Positions 59,591-64,000 of a stretch of DNA of 64,000 bases are shown in pieces. Origin of the DNA: the human T2T-CHM13v2.0 reference genome, Homo sapiens; NCBI RefSeq assembly GCF_009914755.1, contig NC_060927.1; one strand, given 5' to 3'. The translations under genes were made by a program, and so were the position numbers. The stretch's first letter is position 1, and every line of letters starts with the position of its first letter. The notes under the pieces were generated by a model. It saw nothing but the letters and a program-made list of their open reading frames with translations. It ran no database searches and was not told the origin of the DNA.

Positions 59591-61550
59591 CCACTGTATG
59601 AACACTTATAATGTGTGTGTGTGACAAATAGTAACTTCGTTTATGATGATCTTCAAAGAAAGTGTCAACCAAGCAACATTTTCAAATGGATAACCTCTGT
59701 AATTTTTTAATGAACTTCACTGAAAATTGGAAAATGCCCAGAGACAGGTCCACCACAGTCATGATATGTGACTCAATTAGTATGAAACTGTGAAATTAGG
59801 GTCTGGGTGGAGCCACACACCTGAGTTATTTGTCATCTGGACTAAAGGTCTTTGTCCATTGGAATGGCATCCCGTGTATGGAATGGCATACACGCCCATT
59901 GATGTACATTCTTTCTTCTCAAACCACAGGTTCTCTTATTTTGTGAAATTTTTGGTTGACTCAGAATAAATTTGTATAATTCGCCCTTCTGGTCTTTCTA
60001 TTAGAGCACTTAAATTATTCCACTGAAACATACCAAAAGCTTTCAGACCTTTAGCATTGACTGGGAAGTGATTGAATAACAAATGAACTCAAGTCATCAG
60101 GGAAACTCTTGTTTAAAAATAAAGGACTCAGCTGCTTTTAAACAGTTTTGCTTCAGCCCCCACTTATTTATCACACCTCTTAGAAGTTTAAAACTATTTG
60201 CTTTTCTCTGATTGATTTGATCCTTGGATTTAGCTGTCTTCTTCCACGGCAGGCAATGCGTGGAGGGTAACCCTCTTTGTTCAGGAGCCGTGTCCTCTGG
60301 TTAAGACAGTGCATTTTTGCTTCCATATCAGGAATTTCAGTGATATCCATTCTCCTCAGGGATTAGAGATTGTTAATTACTTTCTGTTTAAAAAAAAAAA
60401 AAAGGGAACCCGCAGCACTGCAGCTTGGCAGGTTCTCTAAAAATAGAGGATTTAGGTTATTTTTAAAAACCCTCATTGAGGGATCATGACCATGAGTCAC
60501 ATTTATCTCCAGAGTTTGCCTGCTGAAGGAAAACCACATGGTTCTGTGGACATTTAAACCCTCCCTGAAACACTGCCACCTCTACAGAACAAACAGTCCC
60601 ATCTACCCATCCATGAGGAAATGGAGAAGAATTTGTGCCTGTGGAATTTGAGGACCCAATTTAGTTTAAAATAGATATTTCATGTCCAGAGGCTGTGAAC
60701 TGTTTTCTAAGCACGAGCTCTTACTAATGTTTGTCATGCTGCTGTATGGCTCATTTTACTTATTGTTAGGTTTATTCTTTTCCTTTTTCAGAAATATTCA
60801 CAATCTAATGAAGAAATATTCATTGAGGAAGAGCTCTATGGCCTGGGAGGTATCAGTCTTCTCCAAGACATCAATTTTACTTGCTTACAGAACATAAAAA
60901 AGAAATTTTATGTGATAAATGCATTAATCTACAGCTACTTATGATTAGGCTGTTCTGGCTAAAATGGAATACATTATCTGTAAGACATCTTTCATACTCC
61001 CAAGGCACTTTAAAATAATGAAAACATATAAAATAATATCTAAGTAATTAAAGTAATGGCAAATAAAAACTTAGCATTATATGGAATTGCCTATCGGAGT
61101 AATATATCTCTTTTTATAAGCCCTTTGTGATATTGCTATTAATTTTTAAGTAACAAAATATTGCTCTTGAACCAAAAATGGGATATTAACTAACATATAC
61201 ACTATTAATTGCTTTACAAATGCAAAGTGCTAAATTCCAGCTCATAAAAATAAACCTTTGAGGATATCTAATAAAATCTACACACAGTGCCTGCTTCTGA
61301 ATCATCTAAGGAGTAGAGGAGACTCCTCATATTGCTTCATAAAAAAAGAGACACTGTGTCCCTTCTGTGAGTGGATTTTTCTGCCTCAGGAAGCCTGGTA
61401 TTGTCCACCCTCTCTCCCCACCTGGCAGTCATTCTTTCCGTTCACCCCTCCCCTTCCTTGATGACTCAGGTATTTATTCACATCCCCCTTTCTGATAATG
61501 AGTCCTCTAAGCCACAAAGTAAAACCAGCATCTTTCAAAACATTGTCACT

Positions 61551-61861
61551 TTTTTTTTCAGTTTAGTTTGTTTTGTTTTGTTTTGGTTTGTTTCAGACAG
61601 GGTCTCACTCTGTCACCCAGGCTGTAGTAGTACAGTGGCACAATCATGGCTCACTGCAGCCTCCACCTCCCGGGAGTGATTCTCCTACCTCAGCCTCCCT
61701 AATTGCTGGGACCATACCTGACTAATATTTTGTATTATTTTGGTAGAGGTGGGGTTTCACCATGTTGTCCAGGCTGGTCTCAAACTCCTGGACTCAAGCA
61801 ATTCTCTCACCTCAGCCTTCCACAGTGCTGGTATTACAGGCATGAGCCACTGTGCCCGGCC
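61551..61861 (-). mobile_element. AluJ with small internal deletions
   Basis: Antisense Alu. Confidence 0.88.
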
Positions 61862-62549
61862 ATCACCTTCTTATAGATGGTATTCTGCCCCAGACCAGCC
61901 TGTTTTCTCGGCAACCTCCTACTGTCGTGATGTTTCCAGTCCTGTGTGTCCCACAGAATTGACCTAATGCCAGATTTTTCTTTATTCACCAGAATGTGAT
62001 TGATTCAGCACGTCCTGGATTACTTAGTCCCAAATGAACTCATTTCCCTGGGGACCACACCCAATGCCCCTGTGTACACACCACTTATGCCAGGAGCCTT
62101 GGGTGCGTCATTTAAGGAGGCACTCGCTCTTGGATTCATGTAAGTTTAGGGTTAGCAGTTGCATAATTCAGAAAGCGAGTGCTTCCTTAAATATGGTGCC
62201 CTTCTTACCTGAGCCCTAACTTATTCACAGTCCAGCTTTTCCAGCCCTCAACTTGTTTTACTGAAAATATCAAGCAACAGGTAGAGAGAGGAGTTAAAGT
62301 GAACAATTACTTAAAAGTGGGTACAAGGGCCCTCTTTCCCACCATACTTTGCAAGGAGCTCTTCTTCTATTTCCTGAAAATAGTATCCTTGGAACTGACA
62401 GAATGGACTCCTCAGCATTGGAAATGAATTCATTTTTAGCATATGAACTGTTTCTTGGCAGCATTTCTGTAAACTATTTGGAGGGAAATCGCATGCTAGG
62501 TGTGTGTAAAATCATGAAATCATCTAACATTTTTAGGGTTCCCTGTTTT

Positions 62550-63025
62550 TCCATTTAGAGAGTTTTAATGTATATTCATTATAGTAAAATTCCAAGGCTG
62601 GGTGCAGTGGCTCACGCCTGTAATCCTAACACCTTGGGAGACCAAGACGGGAGGATCCTTGAGCCCAGGAGTTCGAGACTAGCCTAGGCTATATAAAGAG
62701 ACCTTGTCTCTACAAAAAATTTAAAAATTAGTTGAGCATGGTGGTGGGCACCTGTAGTGCCAGCTACTCAGGAGGCTGAGGTGGGAGGACTGCTTGAGCC
62801 TGGGAGTTCAAGGCTGCGGTGAGCTATGATCATGTCCCTGCACTCCTGCCTGGGCCACAGAGCGTGATGCTGTCTCAAAAACAAAAACAGAAGATTCTGA
62901 GAATTCCTGGAAGAGGAAAAAGCAGTTTGTTTAAATTTGTTGTAACCAGCATTTGAACACAGAACCCCTTGAGGTGGGGGACATCTGTTAATGCCATACA
63001 GAAGTGGTATTCTGAGAAACTGCGT
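62550..63025 (-). mobile_element. MER112-like hAT element interrupted by an Alu
   Basis: tctgagaattcctg...gtttgtttaaatttgtt..aaccagcattt..cagaacccc. Confidence 0.5.
62596..62890 (+). mobile_element. AluJ
   Basis: Alu sequence. Confidence 0.9.
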
Positions 63026-64000
63026 TAGGGAAAGCATGGAGTAGACTGAGCATTGGATTTAGGATGGGAGACTTGGATTCTAAGCCTGTTCAGGAATAAT
63101 AGGACTCAGCACTCTTATTCACTCTGTTACCAGATCTATACATAGAAGGATTTGGATCAGGCTAAGGACCCTTCCAGGTGTCAGATGCGAGTGCTCTGTA
63201 ACTCACCTCTGTTTTTCTTTCACTGGTGACCATCCTTCCCTGCTGGGTCATAGGAGGAAAAGAAAAACAACAACAACCTTTGTATACAAATATGCCAGCC
63301 CAACTTGGTTCTCTTGTATTTGGCTGCAGATCAAGAACAAACTTTCAAGTGGCATTTCGAGAGAATCCAGGAAAGCAGTTTCAATCTGGAAATTTGCTCT
63401 CCTTAAATATTTCAAAAACACATTTAGGTAAAATCAAACAGCGGAGTAACTGAGTGCCACCCCCTCTGCTAACCCAGAGGCTGAGAAGTTTCTCAGGGGC
63501 CCCCGGCATAGAAATCCAATATCAGAAACACCTACCAATATTGTAACACCCACCAATACTGTAACACCCTAAATCTTTCAGTAATTTTGCCAAGAATTAG
63601 GCTTTGGATTCTGCACCAGAGTTTAGTGACTTCAGTTAATTCCAGCTTCAAGCAAATCTTGGATGTTAACCCTGATTGTCAGCCTAATCTTTATTCAAAT
63701 ATATCAATACTTTGAAGGCCAACATAAAGACAAATATTTGCCTCTTGTGCTAAAGTAGCCAACTTTTAAACAATAAACAGACTGAGTGAATCACTAATTA
63801 CCATTTTTAATCATTTTTGTCCCACGTTTTGAGAGATTTTTGTCTAGCAAACTATATTTACTAAGCAATTAATTTGTTTTCCTTGTAAAAAATTAATCCA
63901 AAATGCATACCACTTGGCTGTCTTCCCGGGCAAAAGCAGACGCTTGTTATTTGAGTTATATTTATTCATTCCGTTTTTTAAATTTTTATTTATTTTGTCT

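Noticed and set aside
59905-59975. Splice acceptor (…accacag) followed by AATAAA as a terminal exon
   Set aside because: No supporting upstream exons; such signals are common by chance

Overview
Primate (most likely human) non-coding genomic DNA. I found no credible protein-coding exon, RNA gene or CpG island. The ORF track is essentially Alu, microsatellite and decayed-transposon translations. Roughly 58 Alu copies or fragments cover about a quarter of the window. There is a full-length Tigger1 DNA transposon (8879-12086), a ~5.8 kb old L1M ORF2 remnant carrying nested THE1 and Alu insertions (36005-41800), a HAL1 remnant, many solo MaLR/ERVL LTRs, MER DNA transposons, and MIR and L2 fossils. 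Several repeat-free islands carry enhancer-like motif clusters. The most notable unexplained structures are: (1) an unidentified ~115 bp unit present as an inverted pair at ~7690-7801 and ~8487-8833; (2) two Alus inserted tail-to-tail at one target site, about 25 bp apart; (3) several template-switch-type micro-inversions and palindromes; (4) a duplicated 25-bp C/EBP+CCAAT unit next to a CRE-like site. I do not see convincing evidence of a new biological system. Repeat subfamily calls come from remembered consensus sequences, and boundaries of old repeats are approximate.
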